Below, one piece after another: positions 1 through 13,368 of a DNA stretch of 64,000 nucleotides (positions are counted from its first letter, which is position 1; each line of letters starts with the position of its first letter). The DNA is from Nymphaea colorata. Taxonomy: Eukaryota. Location of the stretch: assembly GCF_008831285.2 (NCBI RefSeq), contig NC_045138.2, positions 7,750,001-7,814,000 on the forward strand, written 5' to 3'. Below the pieces are notes generated by a model. That model saw only the letters and a list, made by a program, of their open reading frames with translations. It was not told the origin of the DNA and did no database searches. Position numbers and translations under genes: made by a program.

Positions 1-784
1 GCTGGAAAGAGGCACATTGTGGCCTCTGGTTGATCAAAGCTGGTTATATGCGCCATATTGGTGCATAAAATTTCGTGCACCAGTATGGTTAATGACAAGA
101 ATACCCCTCATTTACACAAAAAAGACAATTTTTTTGGTAAAATAAAAATAAAAATAAAAAAGTGAAATGACTACAACAGGCATGTTTTTTTTTTAATTAC
201 AAAAACATCCTCTTTCTTTTACTGCATATGTAAGATGTGCACACATAATGGTGTACGCAACCTTTACAAACATGGATTTGCTGAAGTCTCAATAGTGGTT
301 TGTCTGTTATGATGAGAAAAAAAAAATTGGAAACCCCCAGGTGCGGAGCGAGGATTTTCGAACAGTCCAATCTCTGGATTCGGGTGGGGCCAAACTGAAT
401 TTGAATCCAAACAATACATGACGGAACTAAAAATTTTTCAATGTTAATTTTTTTCAATTGGTTGGGGTGGAGCCATGGCCCAAGCGCACCCCCCTCCCCC
501 TCTCCCTCCGCACCTGGAAACCACTGAACATGTTTTTGCTTGCTTTTGGATTTCCATGAAATGTGACATCGATACCACTTGTACTTGGCAATGAAATTCT
601 CAGCCAACCAATCACAATGTTTTCGTCATTACTAGACTCACCAAACAATTTCCAACCACACTAACCACCTGTTGGACTTTACTGTTTCATTTATTAGTCA
701 AGAGCCTTTCGGACCAACATAAGGAAGGTCTGTTCTTTAGTGATTTTCTGATAACATGTAAAAACCAAATTATATATATATATA

Positions 785-1097
785 TATAAGAACACAAGTG
801 TTTTGAATGTTTGATGACTCTAAAAATTAAAAAAATTACTAAAAACACTATAAACTGTTGCTAAAAGCATTAAAAAATGTCTTCGTACCATAAAGCATTG
901 CTAATGCCTCCGTAGCAACTGTTTTTAGCAATATATATATTTTAGTTTTTAGCCATCAGGCATAATTGAATCCTCATAAATATGTGTGTGTGTATTGTTG
1001 GCCGATTGAAATCTATATCTAAAAATTAGATTTATGAGCATTAGCAAGTTTATACTAAAACAATAGTTGATGATGGTTTTAGCAAAAGTTTGTAGTG
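785..1097. mobile_element. Possible short non-autonomous CACTA remnant
   Basis: Right end TTTGTAGTG at 1089..1097 (CACTACAAA reversed) and internal TAGCAA/TTGCTA subterminal-like repeats. The left end is blurred by a (TA)n run and no 3-bp TSD was confirmed. Confidence 0.35.
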
Positions 1098-1168
1098 CTA
1101 TATTAATGGATTTTTTAAATTTTTTACCAACCAGCAGTATTCGGGCATCCATATGATCTGAATCATCC

Positions 1169-1194
1169 TCTCTCTCTCTCTCTCTCTCCCTCTC

Positions 1195-1257
<63 letters not shown>
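1169..1257. repeat. Compound microsatellite (CT)n-(TA)n-(TG)n
   Basis: Directly visible. Confidence 0.95.
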
Positions 1258-1995
1258 CCTGCATGTATTCAATCTGTTTTTTTTTTTAATATTTTTCTTT
1301 CATTTTTTTACAGTTTGTCTTATCAATGTAGACCTTACAATTTATGAATCCATAAAAAAATACTAATATATAAATAAGATTAATTAACGAGGTGTGAAGA
1401 TTAATTAACCAGGAAAATCCCAAAATGTATTTTTTCTACTAATTCAATATATGTTCATTCAATTATATGTTCATATAAATGTCAGCACTTTTTTTAACAG
1501 CAAAGAACTAAGGTGACAAGTGCACCCAACCTTTTCTTCATCCGAGGGAGAGAGAAAAAGTAAAAAATCACTTTCTTTAGCAAATTTCAGAATTATAATT
1601 CCTCTTCAAACTGAAATGAAAAAAATTTAGGTTTCAGTTTTGTAATTCAAGAAACAAATTGCCTGGTTTGTTTAATAATTCCAACTTTTTAAAAAGTGAA
1701 CATTTAGATTCTAAATGTCTAGCACCTAACAGTCTACAACAAGTCTTTAAATGTCTAGCACCTAATAGTCTCTCTCGATATCATGTCTTTCTCACTATCT
1801 ATTAAGGCACTAGACAAATACAGAACAATCTCTACCCTTGGTATTTTTTAGAATAACAGTTGAAAAAAAAAAACAGAAAGAAAAGACAGTGGAAACATTT
1901 TTGTTATTTAATATTAGTTCTTTTTTTTTCTTATTATTTTTCTTTCAGCCACCAATACAAAAATGTTTATTATTTGTCTAGCATCTAACAAACAT

Positions 1996-2029
<34 letters not shown>

Positions 2030-3065
2030 CACTACTTTGTATGGGCAATTGCCCACACAGGCCTACCGTGCAAACATTTTACCTGCATATATTTAGGTTT
2101 CAGTTTCATGGCCAAGTGGAACGATTCTCCGGGCAAATGGATTTGTCAATTTGATTTGATAGCGTGGCCGATTTGCATCACCAGGCAACCATGACGAGGC
2201 GTTTACCGATTGAGAATGAGTGAAAGCGGCCACCGACTTCAAGAACTTGGCAACTTTCCTTGGAAAGAGAGAGCAGGAGTTGATTGATCGAACAATCATC
2301 TTAGCAAAATCTAACTTACAAAAATGTATTGCTAATCTGCATTTAGTTGGTTGGGAGTCTCTCTCTCTCTCTCTCTTTCTTCTAGAACTCTTGTAACGTC
2401 TCAACGACAACTACCAAATGTTGTTGATGAGCTCACTAACAACGTGTTTGTATGTAGAAAAAAGTATATATCATGTTTGTTGGTATACCTAAGCACTTTA
2501 TGTCGATAAAAATGAATGATGGCTATATACGTAACTCTCACACTCTCCCTTTCCCATTATGCCCAACTGGTCAGATGGATTTGTAATGTCCAAATCTTTC
2601 TACATCAAGAAAAACAAAATCAATCATAAAAAATGGATGTGTGAATAAAAGAAGGAAGGTTCACCCAGGTCATGATAGTGGAAGAAACTGATTGGCATCC
2701 TACCAGTTGTTGGTCTGAGTTTGAGCTATGTGCACTCACAAATATAAACGTAAGAGAAAAAAAAGGGAGGTTGGGGCATTTTTAAAAGAAATTTATATTT
2801 ATAATTTTAACTTTTTATAGACATTTTTTGTCCTCCAAAAAATGCTTTACTTTTTATTTAACTAAAGGTACTTTGGTCATGAGGAGAGGTGTGTCCATAA
2901 CCGGGTTAGGTTGGTCTGATCAGTTGCCCCCCAAACCCCTTTGCGGCATTGTCCCGGTGTAGAGAGAGAAATAAAGAAAACTTGAAATTAATTAAGTCTA
3001 ACGCATTCTTGGAGCTAGGGAATGATGCTGCAGTTAAGATGGCGTTGGTCACTCATATTCATATT

Positions 3066-3260
3066 TAGGGGCGGATCCAAGGTAGGGCCTGCTTGGACCT
3101 TGGCTTCATTTCCACTTTTTTTTTTAAAAAAAAATCTACGTAAAATTTAGAAAATTTTACTTGTTTTATATAAAAATTTTGTAAAATGATATTTTGGCCC
3201 TAATCAAAATATAGAAACTTTAATTCGGCCCCCTCATAACAAATTTCTGGCTCTGACTCT
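3066..3260. mobile_element. hAT-type MITE, AGGGGCGGA-TIR family (family D)
   Basis: Starts TAGGGGCGGATCC and ends AAATTTCTGGCTCTGACTCT with an AT-rich core. Related copies lie near 4130-4240, 4727-4910, 6250-6380, 12040-12150, 23290-23530 and 60273-60424. Confidence 0.65.
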
Positions 3261-4260
3261 CTGCCTCCACTCACATCAAGTCTTAGCTAACTTCCCAAAA
3301 ACAGCTTTTACCAAGTCCACTAGTGTGTGGTTTCAAGCCAGAGCAGTATTATTATCAGAGTTAGAAGAAGTGTCTCCTGTCAACTAATCATGAATTATAA
3401 AATAGTGTTGCAAATGAAACATACTTAATTAATTACAATTTTTTATATAACAAAAGAGAGAGAGAGAGAGAGAAGGGGTGCTGCCATGAGCACATCTCCC
3501 TCTTTTTCTCCTTATTCTAAAGTTTAGGGCTACTTCAATGCCTAGTGTAAATTCAATGCTTATTCTAAAGTTTAGAACTACTTGAATGTTGGTGTAAACT
3601 TAATGTGCGCCTATAATGCTCTTACCTCATAAGGTTGAGGCATGAATAACATTTATGAAAATTGAAGTAGAGATCTGAAATTCTACTGGCGCTCGCCTTA
3701 GTCCTTAGAGAGAGAGAGTGATGAGGACAAAAAGTTTGGTGGACAGAAGATGCCACACCATAAAAAGGGGCCCTCAAATGACCATGTATGGCTGAGTCTG
3801 CCACCTACAATAATTAAGAGAAATGGAAATGTTATTCTAAGTGCTGTAATTGGATGAATGAATCAATGAAAGAAAAGGAAACTATGGCCAACGACTGACA
3901 ATGATAGTTGCCCACCTAATCAATCCAAGCTGATTGCAATCTTTCTCTCTCTAGAAATGTATTTCCGTACAATCAACTAATTTCATACTTATTCGGCAAG
4001 AACTTTCTAAAATTTGGAAAAAAAAAAAATAAACAGTCATATATCTTGCTGGCCTACAAAAGCCCAAATTTCTGTCCAATATGAACTCATGAAGATGGTT
4101 GTGTAGGTGGGTATGTGCGGACTAAGGAGCGGAAACTTGACAAGAGTCGAAATATCATTTTTTTAACTTTTTATATAGGGTAAATGATTTTTTTTTTAAA
4201 TTTACATGTCAACTTAAAAAAATTGAGGGGGGGCCGGGCCCAAGTGTTGAAGCCCATGCT

Positions 4261-4588
4261 TAACGATGTCAACATATCAGTTTTGAAACGGATATCCAAC
4301 CAAACCGATCTAAAGAAATCAGATATAGAAAAAAAAAATCAGATCGGATTCGGATTTAATAAATGGCATCTGGTTTGATTTGGATTCGGATACAGAATCG
4401 GATCAGATTTATTTGTAAATGAATATCTTATATCTAATGAGGTCGGATATCTATGTATATATAAATCTGAATGCGATCAAATGTCACTTCTTAAATCTCA
4501 ATCTAATCCAATTTCTCAAACAATTATTAATTTTTTTTTCATATTCAATTTTTTCTGATCTAGTCAATCCGATATATTGACATCCTTA
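4261..4588. mobile_element. hAT MITE, TAGGGATGTCAA-TIR family (family B), rearranged copy
   Basis: Ends TAACGATGTCAAC ... TTGACATCCTTA with many ATCCGA/TCGGAT subterminal repeats; homologous to 16388..16776. Confidence 0.7.
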
Positions 4589-4726
4589 AGGGTGAAGTCC
4601 TTGGTATTAAGCAAGATAAAATACTTCTTCTGCTCACCAGAATCATACCTATTAAATAGCATTTGACCAAAACAAAAATACATTCAGTTAGCTAACAATA
4701 AAAGGGAGAGAGAGGAGGGAGGAAAC

Positions 4727-4910
4727 CAGGGGCAGAGACAAGGGCGTCGACCCCACCTTAATTTAAAAAAAAAAAATATTTATATGTAAATTTTATAAAA
4801 TTTTACTTATTTTATATAAAAATTTAAAAAAAATAATATTTCCATCCGTGTCAAAATTTGAAAACTTTAATCTTCCTCTTCCTTTCATAAAAAATTTCTG
4901 GTTCTGTTCA
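4727..4910. mobile_element. hAT-type MITE family D copy
   Basis: CAGGGGCAGAGAC start and AAATTTCTGGTTCTG end; the core aligns with 3066..3260. Confidence 0.6.
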
Positions 4911-5057
4911 AAAAAAAACCAACAAAAAGCGACCTTTTGCTAGAGTTAGGAAAAACAATATTTTGTCTTAACGTATATATGAAAGTAATTAATGGTTTTC
5001 CGATAAATGAATGGAAGAAGAAGGAAGAATGGCCAACGGTGAGACACCGATGGTTGC

Positions 5058-6035
5058 CCACCTAATCAATCTCCACCTCTCACATTTTCTTCTGCCCCCT
5101 TCCAGAAAGGGAGTTCGCTTCCCTCGTCTTCCAAGGGAATTTCCGTCTTATCCAAGTACTAGAAAGTCAATAAGAAGATGAAAAAAAGACAAAGAAGACT
5201 AGAAAAGTTATCCAATCGAACCTTTTCAAAAAAGACTTTCATACGAAACCAAATTTCTACATCCAATTAAAAAATTAGCTTGAGTTTGCGTGATTAACTT
5301 CAATTTTAAATAAACATCCAATTAGATTGGAGTTGAGATTTACGTTCATCAGATTCTAAATTTTATAATTGGAACGTGTGGGCAGTTGCCCACACGAAAC
5401 CACAAAAGACTTGTTTTTTTTTGCGTTGACATTTCGAGCAATTTCTTTTATTTACATGTTGATGCTCTATAAAAATTTAAAATTTATTACTAGTGCTTTC
5501 TTAACTAGAAATTTTTGGCTTCATCCGTGCAATCATGTCCAATTAACCACCTAATCAAGTCACTCCTTTTAACACAAGTTGGTTGATCTCGCTTTGCCTC
5601 TTCTAGAAAAGGAGTTGGCCTTTTCCTCATCTTCCCATGAGCACAACAAACTCAAGAAAAAGCAGAAAAAGAACAAGAAGATTAGAGATGTTGCCCTTAC
5701 CTGCTTAAAGAAAATGACACATATGAAAAGAAATTTGTATATTTGATTAAAAAATTAGGTTGAGATCGAATTTAAGAAAGAACATCCAATGAGACTCACG
5801 ATTAGCTTCAAATTTGAATAAACATCCAATTGTATTCCAGTTGAGGTTCACATACATTCAGGTTGTGAATTTATTAAAAAATTGGAACTTATAGGCAATT
5901 GCCCACACGAAACTACAAAAAAAACTTCTTTTTATATTGACATCCCGGTCAATTTTTCTCATTTATAATTTTTATGTTTCTTTAAAATTTATTTTTAATG
6001 GGCATTAATTAAAGATTTCTAACTCTGCCTCTGCC
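5058..6035 (+). repeat. Diverged tandem duplication, unit about 489 bp
   Basis: Collinear anchors recur in both units: CCACCTAATCAA (5058/5547), AGAAARGGAGTT, TTAAAAAATTAG, TAAACATCCAATT, AATTGGAAC..GGCARTTGCCCACACGAAAC. Confidence 0.8.
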
Positions 6036-9000
6036 CGGAGTTAGCCTATAAAGTTGCTAAATATCTAAATGCAAAAGGCATGGTCTGAGCGTAGGAACAA
6101 AGCCAAAAATTTTTCTAACCCTAATCTCATAGACCACAAGCAATTTGCCGCAGCCCTATGAAGACTGGTAGTTGTACCCTAGACTCTAAAGCATTTGATC
6201 CATTTGACCTGTCAGAAAAGTCTCCTCATATGTCAATCTGCACACACATTCAGAGCCAAGGAGGATCGCAAGAGCCTTAGCCCCACCTCATCTTTTTTTA
6301 ATTTACATGAAACTTTTAAAAAAATTTGCTTGTTTTATATTAAAATTTTTGAAAAATAATATTTTATAAAAAACTTTATATATATATATATATAAGAGAG
6401 AGAGAGAGAGAGAAATCGAATTGTTTTAAACAAAGATACGGAAAGTGGCAGTATTGAGATGTGGGAAAATCTAGAAAGAAGAGAGAGAGGTAGCTGTACT
6501 TGCAGACGTCATCCTCATACCAACCACAACCACCATTGCACATGCTGTTTCCTCACTTTCTCTCTCTAGATTCTAAGGCCGAGGTCTTGAAGTAATCCCC
6601 ACATGAACAGACCAACCAATCAGAAGCACTTAATTGCTGCTGCTTTAAAGTAGTTGGCGGGCAGCAAAGTTGCACTCTCCCTCCTGTCCTTTTCTCTCCT
6701 CTCGCTTTCGATTGGCGAAAAATAATAGATCTCTCCCCCTCTCTCTCTCTCTCTCTCTCTAAAACATACTTATGTACGAACCAATGTTATAAGAATTTGA
6801 AGCAGAATTAAATCAGAATATTTGTAGAAAACATTAATATAAATATGAAAATATAAATGCAAAAATCTTCACTACCATCATAACAAAACCTTTCAAAAAT
6901 GGAACTAATGACATGGTTACTACACGCTCCAAAACTCAACATACAAAGCTTTCCATATACTGTCCCTCTGTATGAAATTTCATGTGTTATTTTAATAACA
7001 AAAAATACCCATAATTAATAAAAAAAACTTTTTACACGAATGACAAAGAAAATCACAGAAAGAAGATTTAGGCATTTAATAGAGGTAAAATTTGTAGGTC
7101 TATATATAAATCATTAAGACCAATATACCTCTTTAAGTCGTAAAAAAATATTTTCATTTTTTTGTCTCACTCATACCATTATGTCATTATTTTATAAAGA
7201 TTTTATTATCTTATAAACATTATTTCATACTTATGTTTAGTGTTATATCATATATGTGTCTATTATTTTATTATTTCATAAATACTTTATTATCTCATAC
7301 ATCCGTATAAATCTTTGAACTCATAAATATTATCTCAAACTTATGTTTAGCATTATTTCATACATCATTTCGTTATTTCACTATCTCATATAATCTTTTG
7401 TTTCTTGTACACATTATTTCATACATATTTGTTATCTCATGTACATGCATATGCTATGTTCAGACATGAAAGTAAATATGCATATTGATAGTATGGTCGC
7501 ATCCGGTATACGATCATTATATACACGGAGCAGTGTAAACAACTTGCTCTCAACCGGTTGCGCTACCCATTATTTGACAACTGTGTATGAAATTTAACCA
7601 TAGAGGGAGGTTAGACGCGGGCTCCAAACATCTGCACTGGCTCACCAAGTTGCCCATTATTTCCCCAAAAGAAGCCAGTTGGACCTAATCTGAAGCCCAT
7701 TTGACCCAGCTGGACTCACAAGGGTCCACCATTAAGAAAAGGAGAGAAGGAAAGAAAGGTGAAGAAAAGGCAGGAGAAAAGGTTGGTGATGACCCACTAA
7801 ACCTTCCAAGACTTGACCAACATGATCATGGACCACTCCCCACTTGGTTCAAGTAGCCCACAGTGAATCCTCCAAAGCTTGGCGATTCATGGAATCTGGC
7901 CTTTGGGCAGTCTTCAACTTGGTGATATTCAAGTAAAAAGAAGAAGAAGAAGAAGAAGAACCAACTGATCATTCCTTACCAGCCCTCTGATGAGCCTTCA
8001 ATTCCCCAATTGGCCTAGGTTGTTGATCATCTGCACCTAACACTCAATCTGTCGCAGTCAAACTATCAGTAATCTGCAGCATGAAAGAAATAATAGAATA
8101 TCACATGTTTCTCTATCAACATCATAAAATAAGCATGATTTGAGAGAGCTTAACCTTTTATGTGTAACTAAAAGACATAATAGTTAATATATAATGTATA
8201 CTGTTAACAACTTAAAAGGATTAATTAAACACTTGTTTTTTTATTGTTTAAATATACTCTACAAGGAGATGGGTAGGGTAAGTGGATTTTAGAAAATTTG
8301 GGTATGAAGGTAAATATATACATTACATAATATTAATTTATAAAAATGTTAAATATAAAATTTTATTAAAAGAAAAACCCAAAAAAAAAGAGAAAAAATC
8401 AAAACAAAAGAAAAATACAACCATAACCATGCACCGCTGTACCCACGTACCGACACGGGTAAGTAGGCAGACCATACATATCCGCGTGTGACTTAGTTTA
8501 AACTACTTTTCCAATTGTGTCCTTATATGAGGGATTTTTGTTTGTTTTCTCCATTTTTAAGTTCATGGGTAGTTTTGTCTTTTGGCTCTAAACATCGAGT
8601 TAAATCCGCGGTACCAGTAGATTGAATATGCGTAAATCGAGTGTGCACCTTCGCCAGGTTAATTTTTGTTGCGTCCGTTAATAACTGATGTTTAGATATT
8701 ATATTATATTGCATGCTTCAATTTAATTTTATATACTTCTTCTCTCTGTTCATACATGTGAACTCGTCCAACCAACTCCCAACTTTTTTTCTTCTGAAAA
8801 ATGGTGAACCTAACAGACAAACAGCTATATATGCCAATGACTATAGGACACTAACACGCAAGTAAGGAATTTGTGTGGGCAATTGCCCACACAGACCTAC
8901 ATGTGCCTCCGCCTTTAGGTAAGAGATCTAGAGAGAGATTTCACGTGAAGAGAAAAGAAAAAAAAAAAAAAAACAAGGCGGAAGATTCGGCTCAATAGTT

Positions 9001-10024
9001 AGAATTAATGAGGGCAAGAAAGATATGAAGGGAAATGTGGTGGAAGATGCAACCGCGAAAAGCTAGATTGCTTTTCTTTTTTTTCCCCTTTCGTGAACTG
9101 GACCTGAATTCGGCGCCCCCACCAGATTTTATTTAATTCTATACGGAAGGGATGGTGTGAAAGAGTAGGTAAGGAAAAGAGATAAGAACAACAAGATTCC
9201 AAGTCTTGCTGAGTGTATGTGTTTCCCCTTCTATCATTTCAAAAAAGAGTGCTTGAAAGTTTTTTTTTTTTTTTTTTTCCACAAACAAAATATCTCTGCA
9301 CTTTCTTAGTAATTATCTGCTGCTTCTATTTTCTTTCTATTTTTAATTCTTGAGTTTACTCTGTACGTGCACGCATCTTCATCTATAGATAGATTGATAT
9401 ACATAGAGAGAAAGTAGCTTTAATCTTTAATGGTGGCTTTTCTGCTCTGCCATTGAATTTCCTCATGTGTTTCCCATACGCTTATGTCTAATCTATGCAT
9501 CATTGGTACTGTCTCTCTAAATCTCCACCGCACATCCAAAGAATGGCTTCCAAGCAGATCTTAATCATGGAAGATGAGCGGTGGGGATTGATAGTGATCC
9601 AATCTATGATCAGCTCCCATCAAAAGCAAGACGTGGAAGATCAGGAAAAGTAGACTTTTGTTTACAAGCATTTGTTGTGTTTGCTTCAGAAATTAGTTAT
9701 GATGATATCATCAAAAGATCAATACAAACTTTACAAGCATGATCCCGCTTTGGTTTTCCTTTTTCTTCTTCATCTTTCCTCCCTTGTTCTTTCTTTCCTT
9801 GAAAGGAGTTTCATTCCGTTGCACAGCCTTCCGTGAACCCGTCATGATTTTTCCCTCTTTAGCACTGTAGAAGAAGGTGCCTGCCTTTTCTGATGAAGAA
9901 TTTCAAGGCCATGTCCTGTTGGCTTATGTGAAGCAAGAAATTTGCAGCGGAGCGATCAACAGGAGCAGCTGATCAGCTTTCCTCGGGCTTCAAGTGGTCT
10001 TTGATTTGAACAACTAGAGATCTC

Positions 10025-11393
10025 TTAAGCTTCAAATGGTCTATAGTATCTCAGACTTTGAGCTTGATTGGCATCAGGAGACAAGTGACATGTACAGGCT
10101 TTGCTTGCCTGAATCCCAATGTTGCAGCACAAGCATACAGTGGCAGCATTGTTGAAGTGCGCTGGTGTTACGACGGTCGCCGGCCGGAAAATTTCCCGGT
10201 CGTAGTCGGCCGGAACCTGCGAAAACGGAAGACTGATAGATAGGTCCAGGTTCAGATCAAAAGGCAATTGCTTGGAGTGCGCTTCCTCCTCCGAACTGAT
10301 CCCACTGCCGGAATCTTCTGCAGAATCTGCTTTCTTCTCCATGTTGGGGTCCTCCACGCTGCTGCCCTTCACGCAAGGAACGGAAACTGCCGCCGGAGGG
10401 TGCACGACTTCCGCCGGCGAGCACGGTTCATTGAGTGGTCTGTGAGTTTGTGGATCAATGCCTCGGCTCAACAGCTTTCTTTTGATGTGTGTGTTCCAAT
10501 AGTTCTTGATCTCATTGTCCGTCCTTCCTGGCAGCCTTCCTGCTATCAATGACCACCTGAAAGAGATTGATCAACAACAACCCATGATGAGAAACAGTAA
10601 AGCCAAGAAGAAATAATGAGTGAATTTTGTAAAGGTTTCCTATAATACCAACTGCTCTAAGTTTCTAATGCCGCCATACTTTGACCACAATTAGAGGGAA
10701 TCAAACTCTAGTTCATCAATCCTGTACTAGCGGAGACACAAGATGAGCAGACAGATATTAATTTGTTGCTGTTTAGTACAGGAGTACAGAACTTGTCTGA
10801 GCCTGGAGAAGGGACTAATGGTGGGTTTCTGCAAGTGGTCCATTGAGTCCTTCAAGTGATGGGAGGGGACATGGTTTTTTCAACAGGGAAAGGGCCGTTG
10901 TCTCAGGGATTTCTTCCTGGTGATAACAGTGGGAGTCACAGCACTAGGGGAGGCAAAGAAACTCTGCTGCTTACTTGTTGCCTAATAAGCTGTGAAGCTT
11001 GATGATGAGCTCATCCTCCTCGTCTGTGAAGTTGCCTCTCTTGAGGTCGGGCCTGAGGTAGTTGATCCATCTGAGCCTGCAGCTCTTCCCGCACCTCAAC
11101 AACCCTGAAGAGAAAGCAACAAAGATTGTTGAAGATCCAAAAGCAAAGCAGCAAGGGGAGAAACACCCAAAAGTCATATTGCGACAGTTTGCCTCTTTGA
11201 AAATACCAGAAGAAATCTAGAGAGAGAGAGATTCTGGCAAGTTGGTGATTGAGCAATTACCTGCTGCTTTGGGGAGAGACCTCCAACAGCCTTCACCATG
11301 TGCTCTTATGTAAGCTATGAGGCGCTCATCTTCTTCCTTCGTCCATGCGCCTTTGTTGGTATGAGCCTTTTCACAGCAAGGAGATCGGCCCAT
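10025..11393 (-). CDS. R2R3-MYB transcription factor, subgroup 4 repressor (MYB4/MYB308-like); 3 exons: 11261..11393, 10975..11104, 10025..10556; 795 nt = 264 aa + stop
   Basis: Exon 1 reads [45 protein letters not shown], exon 2 [43 protein letters not shown], exon 3 [41 protein letters not shown]...[11 protein letters not shown]...[16 protein letters not shown]...LRYYRPFEA*. Exons 1 and 2 have the canonical 133/130 bp sizes. Both introns (11105..11260, 10557..10974) are GT-AG and the frame is continuous. Contains the C1 motif (LLSRGIDP), C2/EAR motif (DLNLDL) and a C3 Cys-rich motif. Confidence 0.97.
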
Positions 11394-11517
11394 CTCTTGA
11401 GAGATCCAGAGAGAGAGAGAGAGAGAGAGGGTGTGGGGTGTGTTGTAGTATGATGGTTAGAGAGAGAAGTTGGAGGATTCAGTTGGAGGGCCGGTGTATG
11501 AAGGGGGAGAGGAAGAC

Positions 11518-11523
11518 TTTATA
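11518..11523 (-). promoter_or_regulatory. Putative TATA box of the MYB gene
   Basis: TATAAA on the minus strand about 125 bp upstream of the ATG at 11393, flanked by CT-rich (Y-patch) sequence and followed by a (CT)n 5'UTR. Confidence 0.6.
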
Positions 11524-11617
11524 TGTAAGAAGAAGAAGGGGGAGAGGAAGAAGGAGGGAAGGGCTAGAAATCCGAACGGCAATTGACTCGATCGATAGTT
11601 TTATGGTTATTTGACCG

Positions 11618-11677
11618 AGTTGGTGAGAAAGACGAGTGGTTACAAAAGGGAACGCTGGATATGGTAGGTAGGTAGGT
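11618..11677 (-). promoter_or_regulatory. Cluster of AC elements / MYB-binding sites in the proximal promoter
   Basis: ACCTACCTACCTACC (three overlapping AC-I ACCTACC) at 11663..11677 and ACCAACT (SMRE-type) at 11618..11624, both on the minus strand. Confidence 0.6.
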
Positions 11678-11780
11678 CTACTTTTACGTAAATGGGGCCT
11701 TTTTGTGAGGGGGGCCCCTTTCCCTTTGGCAGACAAGAGCCTCGACCAGCATCCCCCCCCTCCTGGCACCGACACCTCAC

Positions 11781-11816
<36 letters not shown>

Positions 11817-12731
11817 GTGCTGCCAACATCTCTCTCTCTCTCCTTCATGTAACTACTACCCACATCTCTTTTTCCTTTCCTTTCTCTTTCATATGAATAT
11901 TTATCTAGATTAGATGCCCTATATCTGAAAGGCCAGGCTTCTAGAAGCAACAGTTGTGGAAAGCTAGGGTTAGGGCAACTTTTTTCTACATCACTTCTGT
12001 CTTTCGGTCAAATATAAAAAATTCGCTATGATACCAATCAAGGCAGAGCTGAAAATTTTTCATGACCGAATTATAATTTCAAAATTTTAGCAAAAGCCCA
12101 AATATAATTTCTTAAAATTTTAATATAGGATAAATAAAATTTTAAGAGAGGAAGAGGACCCCTTGGCTACATACCAAGACATCCTAATCAAGTTGGCGAG
12201 GGGTTTCCCTTGATTGACAAGGCATGATGATGATCGCTGGGGTTAGGATTTGGAAAGGAACACTAATCAATGGGGGGAAAAAATGGATTTATTAATTTTG
12301 TTGTGGTCTTGTTCAAAGAAACAGAATCAAAGTGATTATAGAATTTAGTTTTTGTTCCATTTCTAGATGTGGGTGGTGGCTTCCCTTGTCTTCTTGCAAG
12401 AAAGTCAGGTAGGTTTTGGTAATTTTCCTCTGAAATAATTGGGCAACCAAACTCCCCACATCCCCATCTCCTCCCTCCCCTCATCCTTAGGAGCAAGTGG
12501 GCCTGTTGGATATATTTGCTTACCTTACCACCACCTTTTTATGTGGCTTGAATGAAGTTGGAGCCCTATCCTCCTTTATGGGATGCTTTGATTAGTTTAC
12601 TCATTTGGGGAGTGACCAATGCTATCATTTTCCTTTACTTTTCATTTGTTTCACACTCTACTCATGTTGGTATATATAATAGGCCAAGTACCAGTCAAGA
12701 TATATAGAGCATGAAAGAAAGGTTAAAACCC

Positions 12732-12751
12732 ATATATATATATATATATAT

Positions 12752-12796
<45 letters not shown>
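12732..12796. repeat. (TA)n-(GA)n microsatellite
   Basis: Directly visible. Confidence 0.95.
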
Positions 12797-12799
<3 letters not shown>

Positions 12800-13316
12800 A
12801 TAGGGCACTTTATTCCAGTCAAGCCATGCCTATGTGGCCTACCCTTCCACAAAAAGTTTGTCTCATTCTTCCCCACTCCCCAGTCTTCCTGTTCCTCCAA
12901 TCCATATCCACATAGATAAATCAATAATTGGGGAGAGGTGTGGATCTGCCAAACTTTTAGTTATTGAGTTGCCTCCACACTCCGCCAAGGGGTTAAAATT
13001 GAACAGTGCTTTTGGATTAGAATGGTAAGCCACTCTACTTCAAAAGGTTTTTGGGTGAGGGAGAGGACGACTGCCGGAACGAGAGCCGGAAATATCCTTT
13101 ACCTAATTCCAAGGTTACTTGACTGCTTAGTATGGTTCCCAACGTATACCATCTAACACAGTTAGCTTAAAAAGCATAGTACACATGAGAATTGAACCGG
13201 TGATGCTTAGTTATACTATACCTCATAAGTCTCTCACTCTCTCTCTCTTTCTCTTGTGTATATATATATATGCACACAGACATGTATATGATAATGTACA
13301 ATCTACACCTCATAAG

Positions 13317-13368
<52 letters not shown>

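Noticed and set aside
2093..2410. 105-aa ORF / GC-balanced stretch as a gene fragment
   Set aside because: No recognisable domain or splice structure, and it runs into a CT microsatellite
7600..8070. LTR/TRIM-like stretch
   Set aside because: Composition is suggestive, but I could not establish TG...CA ends, a TSD or a partner LTR
10470..10535. miR858/miR828 target sites in MYB exon 3
   Set aside because: CAGGAAGGACGGACAATGAGA has about three mismatches plus four G:U pairs against miR858 as I recall it, and the miR828 region matches worse. Not supported without psRNATarget or degradome data.
10971..11177. ORF-track 68-aa and 174-aa MYB-like ORFs as separate genes
   Set aside because: They are exon 2 and exon 3 of one spliced gene; their listed starts are intronic or internal
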